Shown here: piece after piece, positions 1 to 10,520 of the stretch
How positions within the stretch are numbered: the stretch's first letter is position 1
Layout of the letters: every line of letters begins with the position of its first letter
Assembly: GCA_047495785.1 (NCBI GenBank)
Contig: JBLDXI010000017.1
Span: forward strand, 682,001 to 746,000
Source: Lepidodermella squamata
Lineage: Eukaryota; Animalia; Gastrotricha
Direction of reading: 5' to 3'
DNA: 64,000 nucleotides
Position numbers and translations under genes: made by a program
The notes under the pieces: model-generated
Seen by the model: the letters and a program-made list of their open reading frames with translations, nothing else
Databases searched by the model: none
Told to the model about the DNA's origin: nothing

Positions 1-537
1 AAAAGTTGGCAAATAAACTCTCCAGCGCGGTGCATCTTCAAACCTTTCAACATGAAACAGCAAAAAATGCCCATCTCAAAGGATTGCTAGAAAACTAGAG
101 CAAATTCAGGCATTTCACTCTGAAGTTTCCCTAGAAACTTTGTGATTCGCGTTTGATATGTGTGTAGCATTGTTCTGCGACTTTGGGATTCGGTTGCTCT
201 AGAATACAAGTACAAATGATGGGAAGAAAGAATCCAGGTTCACGATAAAAAAGAAAAATTAGCCTCGGCGATTAGAAAAAGTGCCAGATTAATCGGTGAA
301 ATGAATTCGATCTTCTAGCCGAGCGCAAAAAAATTCCTCCGTCGTGCAATGACGTGCCTACTAGCTGATATTTTGTATTTAATCTATCGTGGCTACATCT
401 TAAAAAAAAAACAGGCAGAATACTGACTTGAGAATCCGAAGCCATCATAAAATGACTTCCCGTTCAGAACTTTTTTGTCGATAAATTCTCCTATACACTA
501 AAGAGCCGACAGCCAGCTACCTCTCAATTAGTTTTCC

Positions 538-1767
538 ATGCCTAAGGTGAACGCCGTGATTTTCCTGTTAATAACCTGCTTCGCCAAGTGCGAAAATCAG
601 CAGAGCAACCCAAGGGACTACCCGAACTCAACCTCAATCGAAAATCAGGCCTATTGCCGATATCAAAGTGACCGCCGTAGTGTCGATGTCGAGTTTTACG
701 TCTCAGAAATGTTGGGAATAGAAGAGAAAACGGAGACGTTTAGTGTTACAGGATTTCTCAAGTTGCGATGGATGGACTCTTGCTCAGTTTACAAGACTAT
801 TTCGGGGAACAAATTCCGGTCTACAAACGGTTACCTATCGATCACCCATCCTGAACAGCAACTAATCTGGAAACCAGTCATCTACCTCAAAAATTCAGCT
901 GATAAAGTAAGACGCGTTTGATTTCAGCGGCTGAATGCTGATTCTATATTTCTTTCTAAGACTCCGAGAAGTTACGAAACAACTTATCTTGCTTTTACTA
1001 ATGGGCTAATGGAAAGCTGGTCCTTTGGTCAATGGTCAAGTCGATGCCCGTTCGATGACTCTAGAATTCCATTTGACACTCAAGAATGCTCGCTAATTTT
1101 TCGGATTGCCGATCCCTCTGATCTGGTTCAAATTGGAAGAATCTCTGTCTCACCTGACCTGCCGGACAGCTTTCAAATCATTGGAACCCAAAAGCGTTGG
1201 CTTTCGCCTCAGTTCGACTCTAATTCTGTAGCGGCCGAATCGTATTTACTTTGCAGGAAATCCGCGCAAAATGGAGCCAATCAGACTATGTGTTGGCATG
1301 AAGCCAAATTTTCTTTCAAGTTGCAGCGTAATTACGAGCCTTACATATTGACCGTTTTCATACCATGCTTCGGTCAAGTCATTATGCAGCTATCCACCCT
1401 AGCCATGCCGCCAAATTCTCCGTCTCGGCCTACTTACACCGTGATAGTCGCATTAATTTTCGCTATCTATGAAATCCATATTTGGCGAGAGGGTGAACTA
1501 GCTTTGGGTAGAATTCGCAACCCATTCGCTGCTTTCATAGCCCTGAGCATGGTTTTCTCGTTTACGATGACTTTTTATGTCCTGATGACTTATGGCTGCT
1601 CGACAAGTCGATTGTGCTCGGAGGAAGAGGCTTCTCTTGAAATGATGCATCACCTCAGACGGCGCCAGTACAACAGATGTCGAGTGGCTGATCTGTGCGC
1701 TTTTTTGATATTTTTCTGCCTCATTCTAGCCGCTTATGTTTATTGCTTCGTTTTGTTGCTGCGCTGA
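538..1767 (+). CDS. Divergent Cys-loop pentameric ligand-gated ion channel subunit (exons 538-906, 961-1767)
   Basis: Signal peptide; L..RW.D and IW.P motifs; Cys loop CPFDDSRIPFDTQEC (C-x13-C); four TM helices. GT at 907 and AG at 960 join the two ORFs in phase 0. Confidence 0.9.
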
Positions 1768-1991
1768 AATTAGCTCTGTCTTCGAATTTCGAATTGTAGG
1801 CTGTAAGGTGTACATTATGGGCAAAGCAATAAGGCTGAGACCTGATATTAGAAACAGAGTAATAAAGAAAGCATTTACTAGAGGTAAAAAGTTTGTAATC
1901 ATCAATGATGTAAATTTAATGACCATCTCTTCTAACGAGGGGTCAGATGGAGCATGCATTATCATCATTACATCGAAGCGTATTTGACGAC

Positions 1992-3252
1992 TTAGTTGAT
2001 CCGTTCGCATATGGCTCCCTCGAGTATCCTCCAACATTCGACATCGTCCCAAAGTCCATCGAAACTTACTCGAAGACAAGCACCATATGTTGGCGAGCAG
2101 TATAAAATATCCGGCTCAAACGATGGGAAATTGTTGAACGTTACTGCCGTGCCATCCAGCCACTTGTATTGACAACATGCCGAAGGAGTGCTGGTCTGAT
2201 CCCATGCTCCAATCCAATGACCATTATAGCTCCAAGACTTACTTCCGAATGCTTAGAAAACATGGTATAATAAAAAATATTGTTCAGTCGAATGTTCAAC
2301 TTTACCGGCTAATGGAATTACTGCAGCCTGATAGGCAGAATCTTTTATCATCGCTAAGCGCCCACCAGCCGCTTGACACTTGGTTACAGCTTCACTCCAA
2401 TTAAAACTGCCAGCAATTCGGAACAAATTGCTTGGCGCGGTCGTTGTTGTAGTTGTTGTAGTTGTTGTAGTAGCAGGTACCATTGACAATAAAAACTTGC
2501 TACAATCTTCCGACGTATTAAAAGCTCCGTTACCAAACTACTCATACGAAAGTGATTCTGAATTAACTCACAGTCCAAGCTTCAAACTGAAATACCTGGT
2601 TAGCACTGCATCCAGGAACCGCAGGAAAGCAAGTTAGCAGCGAGGGATTGTTTTGTTTGCAAATTATGTAGTGCTTTGTGAATAATCGATATTACGACAG
2701 AAAGAGAAGATGCGTAAGAGTTACCGGTCTCAGAGTCGAACAAAGGGCAATTTCTGTGAAATATTCGCCAAGCTTTGGTTGAAACAAGAGATCTTATTAT
2801 CAGTTTTTAACTTGTGCTACTTCGAGTAATTAAGTTGAGCCTGTGAATACGCATATGTTCTTATTCGTTGCTCAAATCTCAAAACTCGAAAAGCGCACTT
2901 CTTCAAGGTTTTCGCGTGTCTTCTCAAAATAGAAACCAATAAAAAGTGTGGATAAACTTCTTCCTCAAAGAAACATATAATCTCTTACCTTTTGTTCATT
3001 TTCCAAGCAGGCATCGGGTCGACATGTTGCAGCGCCTTCCCTCAAACACCGGAAATACTGCAACATCAAGCAGGATGCTCAATATCCGATTGATGAAGTT
3101 TTTACAGAAAAGTAATCACATACCACGTGATACACCTTAGGTACGGTGACTTCCACGGAGTTGCAAGCTTGAATAATCAAAGGCGAAGTAGAAAATATGG
3201 ATAATGCAGCAATGACAGACTTTAGTGTTTCGAAAGTTTTACAGAGATCCAT
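1992..3252 (-). CDS. Secreted multi-exon protein: Cys-rich N-terminus, short poly-Thr stalk, C-type lectin domain (lectin A)
   Basis: FNWSEAVTKCQAAGGRLA, then a last exon reading HWIGAW...WLDG...FEPD...CLRVSFDGLWDDVEC...GAICERIN*. Internal exon boundaries are approximate. Confidence 0.8.
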
Positions 3253-3718
3253 TATACGGAGCTGAAAAACAGTCTTTGAATAGTAAATGAAACTAGCACT
3301 GTAATGAGTGTACACATTAAATAACGTGACAGAGGCATATATTTTATTAAGAATATAATTAGCAGGTGATATAGCTGAAAAGCGGAAAATACCGGAAGAT
3401 AGAAAAATGCCTGAAAGATGCTAAAATGTGCCTTTTTGATTAGTGACAATTACCTTCACTGTTAATTTGTGGACATCCGTAGTTTTCAGTGAAAAAACAC
3501 AATGTTGTTACTCGTTATCAAGTCCTTTTCTTCTCTTTTTCGAATATCGTATCCGAATATCCGCTATTTTAATTATAAATGCTCGCATCGCTGATGACAA
3601 GATGAAGTTCCTAATGTGGGGTGAATGTTCCGACATCCGGCGGATGATGGGATTCAATGTTGGATGGGTATTACCTATGTTTATTATTATCAGGTTCAGC
3701 TTGTTTCAAATGACGTGT

Positions 3719-3960
3719 TTAGTACTCGAAAATGGCGCCGTTAAACTTATTAGCCGTCGCGCAGTAGATATCATCCCAACGGCCGTCGAAAGAAATGCGG
3801 ATGCACGTGACAGTCGGTGTGCCAGCCGTACAGCCAGATCTACTCGGCTGGACATCCGGTGTCTGCGCCCAGTTCGAATACGTTACAGTTGTTCCGTCTT
3901 GCCACGTGTACGGAGCCGTAGCATTTGCAGCCTTGCCGCCAATCCAATGCCCGTTACAAC
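3719..3960 (-). pseudogene. Orphan duplicate of the last C-type lectin exon of lectin B
   Basis: Near-identical to 10521-10770 (CNGHWIGG...WDDIYC). No upstream exon nearby; the last Cys is changed to Phe and followed by an earlier stop. Confidence 0.75.
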
Positions 3961-5304
3961 CCTAATACCTTTGACACAGGGCTTCGCGGACAACACCAAA
4001 GAGTAAAAGTGAGCCATGTCTCAAACGTTCTAGTTAATGAGACCCGTTTTAGAGAGCGAAGATTAATAGACGAAAAATTGTATTCCAAAATCATGCAATG
4101 TTTCTAACCTTCAACCCCGAAATGTTTGACCCTGCAGACCCTTGAAACTACTGGCAACCCCTCATGATGAAATACGGGTTTTTACAAATTTAAATGCCGA
4201 TTATCGATTATTTCCTTATCGAAATATCAGCAATATGATAGAAAGCTTCGTAGATTTAGCGTTTAGCTTTATTGGGTTTCTCTTTTTCCTTTATTCATGC
4301 ATCTCGTTTCACATCTCGAAGCAGTTTAATGCAAGCAGGAAAGTGGACAATCTTAGCATCGACAAGCACGCTAAGGGCGAAAACTTGATAATTACCGCAT
4401 ATACCGAAATCAGGACCTAATCAGGACCTAAATCAGGGTGCGAAGTACAGGGGTCGCGACACCCCAGCTCCGGGACTGCAACCAGAGGAAGGCTGAAAAA
4501 ACCACAGGGGTTTTCTTCGAAGCCTTTGGTTTCTTCGACTGGGTCCTAGAAATCAAGTAGAAAACACCTCAGCTCCCGGATCGTACTTCGCATACCGGGC
4601 AGTCCCATTTATAAGGCAGAGCCCCGAGGTCAAAATGCAGGGCAGGGCTGGATAAAGGCAGGGTCCACTTAATACCTTGGAGGAATAGACTGCATCCCGA
4701 GCTTAATACTCTCCTCAAAATCCTATCAAAGATCAATATGGGGCAGGGATGAAATAAAGGGCAGGTCTCGATTATCATGCAGGGGTTGAGAGTTTATCGA
4801 AGGTAGAGCCTTGAGCCTTCTAAATATAAATTGGTTTATGCGGTAACGCTTTCACATATTGCTCCCTCGAGTAAACTGGAACATCCGACATCATCCCAGG
4901 TTCCATCGAAACTCACTCGAAGACAAAAGTGTGAAGAGGGGCACCCACAACCATTTGGCTCATATAATGCAAAATGCAAATGCAAATAATGCAAAATATC
5001 TGCGTATCGATTTTCGAATTCTAAGGCGGGAGACGCATCCTCGAGCCCTCCCGCCGTGTTTTTCTCGCCTAGAGACTTTACTCAAATTATTTTATATCTC
5101 AATCCACCCGTGATTACGGCTGTCCGGCTTATCCCTTCTTCAATCGATCGGCGCTCAGCTGCGACACCGCATCACCAAAAAGCAGGGTAAACTTATCACC
5201 TGTCGCTAAAACTAGGCCAACCGGGTATCGACAAGCCGAGCATCGAGCCTGGTCCAAAGTCCAAGAAATTTTTAAATTTGAGGACTTTAACCTCTTACAT
5301 TATC

Positions 5305-5973
5305 ATGTCAACACGTAGCAGCCAGAAAAACAAGTCACTGCCACGCGTCAACACAACTGCCACCCCGCGTGCGGAAACCGTAAAGCCGTCACGTGCGAGT
5401 GATTCAAAGCTGGTTCCGGCTGTGCTCATTGAACGTCTTAATCTGCTTCCAGGTCAAGTCACGATTAACGTGCGAGATTTTGAATCTATGTCTGGGTTCG
5501 AGCAAAAAACCATCTGTGTTAAATGTGATCGTATTATTAAAAATTCTGCCTCATTCATCAAGTGTAAATTATGCGATAACTTAGTCCACTCAGATTGTTC
5601 GAAGCTGCCAAAAAATGTTCTTAAATTGATCGCGAAAAACAACTGCAACCTTGCTTTTCTTTGCGGTTGTGACACTAGATCCGATGATTCTTTGCCTGTA
5701 CCGCCGTCATTCTCGCATCATATTCTCTCTATTCTGCCCGATATTGCTTACGTGTGTGAACCAAGTCCTAAGCGTGTTACAAGGAAGTCGTCTATGGCTC
5801 CAAATTTTGATGATTTTGTGTGTGATTTTAATGAAAAGTACGTGAAATCGCTGCAACACTCTGATATGATTGTGAAAAGCACGCCGCCGCCGGCTGTAAA
5901 TTTCTTCGACATCCTCGATCGCCAAGTTAATGTTTGTGATTCTCTCTCTTTCTCGGAATTCTTCAGAGAATAG
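5305..5973 (+). CDS. LINE ORF1 with PHD-like zinc finger
   Basis: CVKC...IKCKLC...VHSDC...FLCGC pattern, typical of CR1-group ORF1. Confidence 0.8.
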   Translation: MSTRSSQKNKSLPRVNTTATPRAETVKPSRASDSKLVPAVLIERLNLLPGQVTINVRDFESMSGFEQKTICVKCDRIIKNSASFIKCKLCDNLVHSDCSKLPKNVLKLIAKNNCNLAFLCGCDTRSDDSLPVPPSFSHHILSILPDIAYVCEPSPKRVTRKSSMAPNFDDFVCDFNEKYVKSLQHSDMIVKSTPPPAVNFFDILDRQVNVCDSLSFSEFFRE

Positions 5974-8850
5974 GTATTTGGCGCCCCCGCAGGCAATGAT
6001 AGCTCCTCTTCGCTACCTTACTTTACTGTCTTCTATTGTAACGCCAATTCTATAACTAATAAGTTCGATAAGCTATTGGAAAGAATTGATGACCATCATC
6101 CGCTGATTGTTATTGTGGTTGAATCAGGTTTCACCGCCGACAACAAAAATACTACGATTCTTGAAAATCTGGGCTACATACCGTTCACGCAGGACCGAAC
6201 ACTGCACAAAAGTGGCGGATCCGCGGGCTTTATTGACAAATCGTTAAACCCAAAGCAAATTAGTACTTTCTCCTACGATGGCTATATTGAATGTGTAACA
6301 TGTCAATGTTTAGTGAATGGAGTGACTTTACGCGTTACCTGTGTCTACCGCTCGCCGAATTCACCGGCGACCTCAATTGTAAACCTTATTGACTACCTTC
6401 AGGCTCAACTAGATGATAAGATTGCATGTATCTTCGTTGGGGATTTCAACTTGCCGGAATTCGACTGGGTTAACTTTAAGAATCCTGGAAAATTACTCTA
6501 TTCTTCGTTCACCGATTTTTTCATGTCTAATAATCTAATTCAGAATGTTGACAAGCCAACTAGAGGCGACAATATTTTAGACCTCGTGATCTCAAACAAG
6601 CCAAATATTGTTTCGAACGTCGATGTAGATGAACCTCTGGCGGCAAAATGCGATCACAGTGTTGTGAAGTTCAGGATCAACATTAGCGTCCCGACTTCTG
6701 CTAAAAGCTCATCGATCAAAAGCGCCTTTGTGTTTCGAAAATGTGATTATGTGAAATTTTCTGCCTATCTGGACTCAATTAATTGGATTGACATGTTTGC
6801 GATGTCTACTGTTGATCAATGTTACACTCGATTTCTTCATGTCCTCTTCAAGGGAATCTTGTTGTTTGTGCCCCGACGGAAGTCACGGAAAAAGAAAAAG
6901 CAACGAATGCCTTGGATGTCTCCGGAGTTGAATCGTTTATCAAACAGGAAAAGTCGTCTGTATGCTACCTATATGAAAAACGGTAAATCTGCCCAAGACT
7001 ATTCTCGTTATAAAATTGCTAGCTCTCTTTATGATATCGAAAACCGTAAAGCCAGGCGTAAATATGAAGACAGCCTTCTCTCGAATGGTGAGATCGGAGA
7101 CTTGTATGACTATTTCTCAGCTAGGTTCAAATCTAGACCAGCTATTCCAGCTATTAATGCCGGAAGTGAAACAATAGTAAATGATGCCGGTAAGGCCGAG
7201 GCTTTTAGAAAGCAATTTGCTGACGCGTATAATAACAAACAGTTTGCCGCTAGTTCAAACTTTAAAGCCGTTTCCGACTGCTTACAAGACATATTATTTT
7301 CGAATGAATGTGTTTTCAATGTTATTTGTGGTATCAAGGAAAAGCCTATTGGAGGAGCAGACAACATTCCAGCTGTGCTCATTAAAAAGCTCTCCCGCTC
7401 ACTGTGTACACCGCTAGCAATGATTTTCAACATTTCTTTTGCGCAAGGTGAGATTCCTGTTGTGTGGAAATATGCAAATGTCGCACCTATCTTCAAACGT
7501 AACGGTGATGCCTCCAATGTTGGCAATTATCGGCCTGTGAGTCTCACATGCATAATTTGCAAAATCCAAGAAACCATTGTGAAGAATCATGTGCTACTGT
7601 ACCTATATAGAAATAACCTTATCTCTGAAAATCAATTTGGGTTTCTATCTCGAAGAAATTGTGAGACGCAGTTGTTGTCATGTATTACTGATTGGCTGAA
7701 ACTATTAGATCAACTCATTGATATAATTGTTATATACCTTGACCTGTCAAAAGCCTTCGATGTTGTGCCGATCTCTTTGTTACTATCCAAGCTCTCAGAT
7801 ATCAATATTTGTGGAAACCTGCACGCCTGGATAAAGGCTTTCTTGAGTGACCGATTTTTCAGGGTAGCAGTGAATAACAGTGTGTCATCATGGTCGGCGG
7901 TCACTTCTGGAGTACCTCAGGGCTCTGTTCTAGGGCCGCTGCTGTTCTTGATTTTCACGACAGAAGTAAATGTGTTGGTAGAGAGATCGATTGCGAAATT
8001 CTTCGCCGACGATACGAAGCTATACCGGGCGATCCGTTCTTTAAGCGATTGCATCGAACTGCAGAAAGACTTGGATGAAATCATAAACTGGTTTGACGCT
8101 AACGGCCTGTCTGTGAATTCGAAAAAATGCGTCGTGCTTATACTCGGGCAAAACAAATTTATGTTCAAATTCAAAATTAAAGATGTCGAGCTTGATGTTG
8201 TGGACTCAGTGAAAGACCTCGGAATAATTATTGATAAAAATCTCACCTTTTCTGAGCACTGTAGCGCATTGGCAACTAAATGCCACAGAATTAACGGTGT
8301 TATTTGTAAATCGTTCGCCTCTAAATCCTTACGTCTCAAAGCCTATAAAACGTATACTTTATCTCGTCTTGACTTTTGCCCGTCTGTTTACTCGCCTTAC
8401 CTAATAACAGATATTGAAAAGGTCGAATCGATTCAAATCCGCTTCACAAAACGTTTGCTATATCGTAGTACCTACTACTCATCGATCGAAGGCTCCTCCT
8501 ATGAAGAACGACTAAAAAAGCTTGGGTTGTGTTCACTCGAATTAAGACGCTACCAACACGATCTTGCGTTATGTCATAAAATGTACCAGCGTGCTGTGGA
8601 CTTAAATTTCTCTGACTTCTTTAATATTTCCACTAATCCGCGCTTACCGCATCATTCTGTTACGATGGAAAGCTACAGTCATGCCAGCTCTCAGTTTTCA
8701 TTTGTGAGGCGAGTGCGTCCAGCTTGGAACCGGCTACCATCTTCCGTCGTTAATAATTCGTATTCTTCATTCTTGAAATATCTTAAATGCACTGACTTGG
8801 AAAAATACACAATTTCTGTGGTGAGGCGCCATAACTTAACGTTTTGTTAA
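5974..8850 (+). CDS. LINE ORF2: AP endonuclease + reverse transcriptase
   Basis: VFYCNANSI, VYRSP, VGDFN, TRGDNILDL, CDH (APE); NYRPVSLT, QFGF, YLDLSKAFD, GVPQGSVLGPLLF, FADDTKL, KDLG (RT). Uninterrupted frame. Confidence 0.95.
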   Translation, partial: VFGAPAGNDSSSSLPYFTVFYCNANSITNKFDKLLERIDDHHPLIVIVVESGFTADNKNTTILENLGYIPFTQDRTLHKSGGSAGFIDKSLNPKQISTFSYDGYIECVTCQCLVNGVTLRVTCVYRSPNSPATSIVNLIDYLQAQLDDKIACIFVGDFNLPEFDWVNFKNPGKLLYSSFTDFFMSNNLIQNVDKPTRGDNILDLVISNKPNIVSNVDVDEPLAAKCDHSVVKFRINISVPTSAKSSSIKSAFVFRKCDYVKFSAYLDSINWIDMFAMSTVDQCYTRFLHVLFKGILLFVPRRKSRKKKKQRMPWMSPELNRLSNRKSRLYATYMKNGKSAQDYSRYKIASSLYDIENRKARRKYEDSLLSNGEIGDLYDYFSARFKSRPAIPAINAGSETIVNDAGKAEAFRKQFADAYNNKQFAASSNFKAVSDCLQDILFSNECVFNVICGIKEKPIGGADNIPAVLIKKLSRSLCTPLAMIFNISFAQGEIPVVWKYANVAPIFKRNGDASNVGNYRPVSLTCIICKIQETIVKNHVLLYLYRNNLISENQFGFLSRRNCETQLLSCITDWLKLLDQLIDIIVIYLDLSKAFDVVPISLLLSKLSDINICGNLHAWIKAFLSDRFFRVAVNNSVSSWSAVTSGVPQGSVLGPLLFLIFTTEVNVLVERSIAKFFADDTKLYRAIRSLSDCIELQKDLDEIINWFDANGLSVNSKKCVVLILGQNKFMFKFKIKDVELDVVDSVKDLGIIIDKNLTFSEHCSALATKCHRINGVICKSFASKSLRLKAYKTYTLSRLDFCPSVYSPYLITDIEKVESIQIRFTKRLLYRSTYYSSIEGSSYEERLKKLGLCSLELRRYQHDLALCHKMYQRAVDLNFSDFFNISTNPRLPHHSVTMESYSHASSQFSFVRRVRPAWNRLPSSVVNNSYSSFLKYLKCTDLEKYTISVVRRHNLTFC

Positions 8851-8892
8851 TTCCTAATTGCTCAATGTCGAAAGACAAATTGCAAAATAAAA

Positions 8893-8916
8893 CAGTATCA
8901 GTATCAGTATCAGTAT
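8893..8916 (+). repeat. (CAGTAT)4 3' tail of the LINE
   Basis: Direct tandem hexamer after ORF2; short tandem tails are typical of CR1 elements. Confidence 0.9.
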
Positions 8917-9224
8917 TGAGTATGCTAATAGTGGGCCATCCAGCCACCTGAATTCGCCGAGCGTCGAAGGATCCCACGCTCCAATCCAATGCCCATTACA
9001 GTTCCAATCCTTACTTCCAAAAGCTTGGAAATCATGAAGTTGTCTAGTATGAATCTTCAACTGAAGTTCAACCTTACCAGCCAATGGATTTACTGCAGCC
9101 TGATACGCTGAATTTTTTATCGTCGCTAAGCGCCCACGAGCCCGTTGACATTTGGCATTAGCTTCACTCCAGTTAAAGCTGCCAGCTATACGAAACAGAT
9201 TGATTAGTGAAGGTGCTATTATCA

Positions 9225-9545
9225 CATCTGTAGTGGTAGGCGCTGTAGTTGCTTCTGTGGTAGGCACTGTAGTTGCTGTGGTAGGCGATGTAGTCGCTGT
9301 TGTAGATGTTGTAGTAGTGGTGGCTGTGGTTGAAGTTGTGGTGGTGGTTGTAGTTGTGGTGGTAGTGGTTGTAGTTGTGGCAGTGGTTGTAGTCGCTGTT
9401 TTCGGCGTTGTACTTGTGATGGTAGGCGTTCTAGTTGTGGTGGTAGCGGTTGTAGTTTTGGTAGGAGTTGTAGTTACGGTAGTGGTAGTGGGTGTTGGTG
9501 TGGCGGTAGTGGTGCTAGTTCTAGTTGTAGGCGTTGTAGGTGCGG
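9225..9545 (-). repeat. Thr-codon (ACN) low-complexity tract encoding a mucin-like stalk
   Basis: GTA/GTG/GTT triplet runs on the + strand, TTTTT/PTT on the - strand. Confidence 0.9.
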
Positions 9546-10520
9546 CTTCCATCGACAGTTTAAACTTGCTACAAGCCTCCGACGTATTAAAAGCCTCGTT
9601 ACCAAACTACTTGCAGTAGAAACATTTGGAATTAGTCCAGATCAAATATCAAAGTGGAAAACCTGATTTGCGCTGCAGCCAGGTACAGCAGGTAGGCAAG
9701 CGAGCATGGAATTACTTTGTTTGCAGATGATGTAGTACTTGGTGAAATGTTGATATCTTTAATAGTGGCTAATGTGTGGAACAGTTTTACCGGTTTCACA
9801 GTCGAACACAGATTGATCTCTGTAAAATATTCTCCAAGCTTGGGGTAGGATGTTACGTAACTTTAATCGCTTGATCTTCAAAACTTGAATCCCTCACCTT
9901 CTGCTCGCCTGCCAAGCAGCCATCGGGTCGACATGTTCCAGCGCCACTCCCTAGACATCGAAAATACTGCAGCGGTACACAGGAGATTCAATAGCGGCTG
10001 TTACAGAAAATGGCGGTTACTAACCACGTGATACACCTTGGGTGAGGTAACTTCTAATGGGTTACAGGCTTGAATAATTACAGGCGATGTCAATATGGAC
10101 AAATTAGCTAGGAAATAAATTATTGTTTCAGACGAAAAGAAGAGCTTCATGCTAAAAGCTGAAAGAACTGTAATTATCCCGTTAAGTGGAACTAGCCCTA
10201 TAACGAAAGCACACACACATTAACGTGACAATAGTTTGCTGCTTACACATTTTATTACTTAAAAAATTAATGATTGCCGGTCAGTGAAAATACCGGAAGT
10301 TCAGCAAGATAGAAAAAATGCCAAACGCCGATATCACAGGTCTGATCTTTCCCTAGGGAGCGAATTGCCACTACAAAGTCAGAGTACTTCATAAAGGCAA
10401 GTTCCCGGTAAATTAATATTTTGTTTAACAACATCATGCGCTTGCATTTCTTATAGAATTAGAGGGTTAACTATTCGTCATTTTTCGATAATCAGTTTCA
10501 GTTTACGTCAAATGGCGCGT

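Larger units (their letters stand above)
4976..8916 (+). mobile_element. Full-length CR1-like non-LTR retrotransposon
   Basis: PHD-bearing ORF1, APE+RT ORF2, AATAAA followed by a (CAGTAT)4 3' tail. Boundaries are defined by the split lectin exon. Confidence 0.93.
4836..10150 (-). pseudogene. Lectin A' (paralog of lectin A with a long Thr-rich stalk), last exon interrupted by a LINE
   Basis: The 5' part ends WLDGPLLAYS at ~8916. The reading resumes at ~4975 as NFALYEPNGCGCPSSHFCLRVSFDGTWDDVGCSSLLEGAICESVTA* (stop 4836). Removing the LINE restores the frame. Confidence 0.85.

Noticed and set aside
1726-2079. Overlapping 117-aa and 83-aa ORFs between the channel and lectin A
   Set aside because: Off-frame or 3'-UTR sequence of convergent genes; no recognisable protein features.
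3443-4006. 187-aa + ORF similar to 10512-10835
   Set aside because: The similarity comes from the duplicated C-type lectin exon on the - strand.
9152-9619. 155-aa poly-Val ORF on + (also 2380-2637 and 11118-11477)
   Set aside because: Antisense shadow of Thr/Ala-rich lectin stalks.
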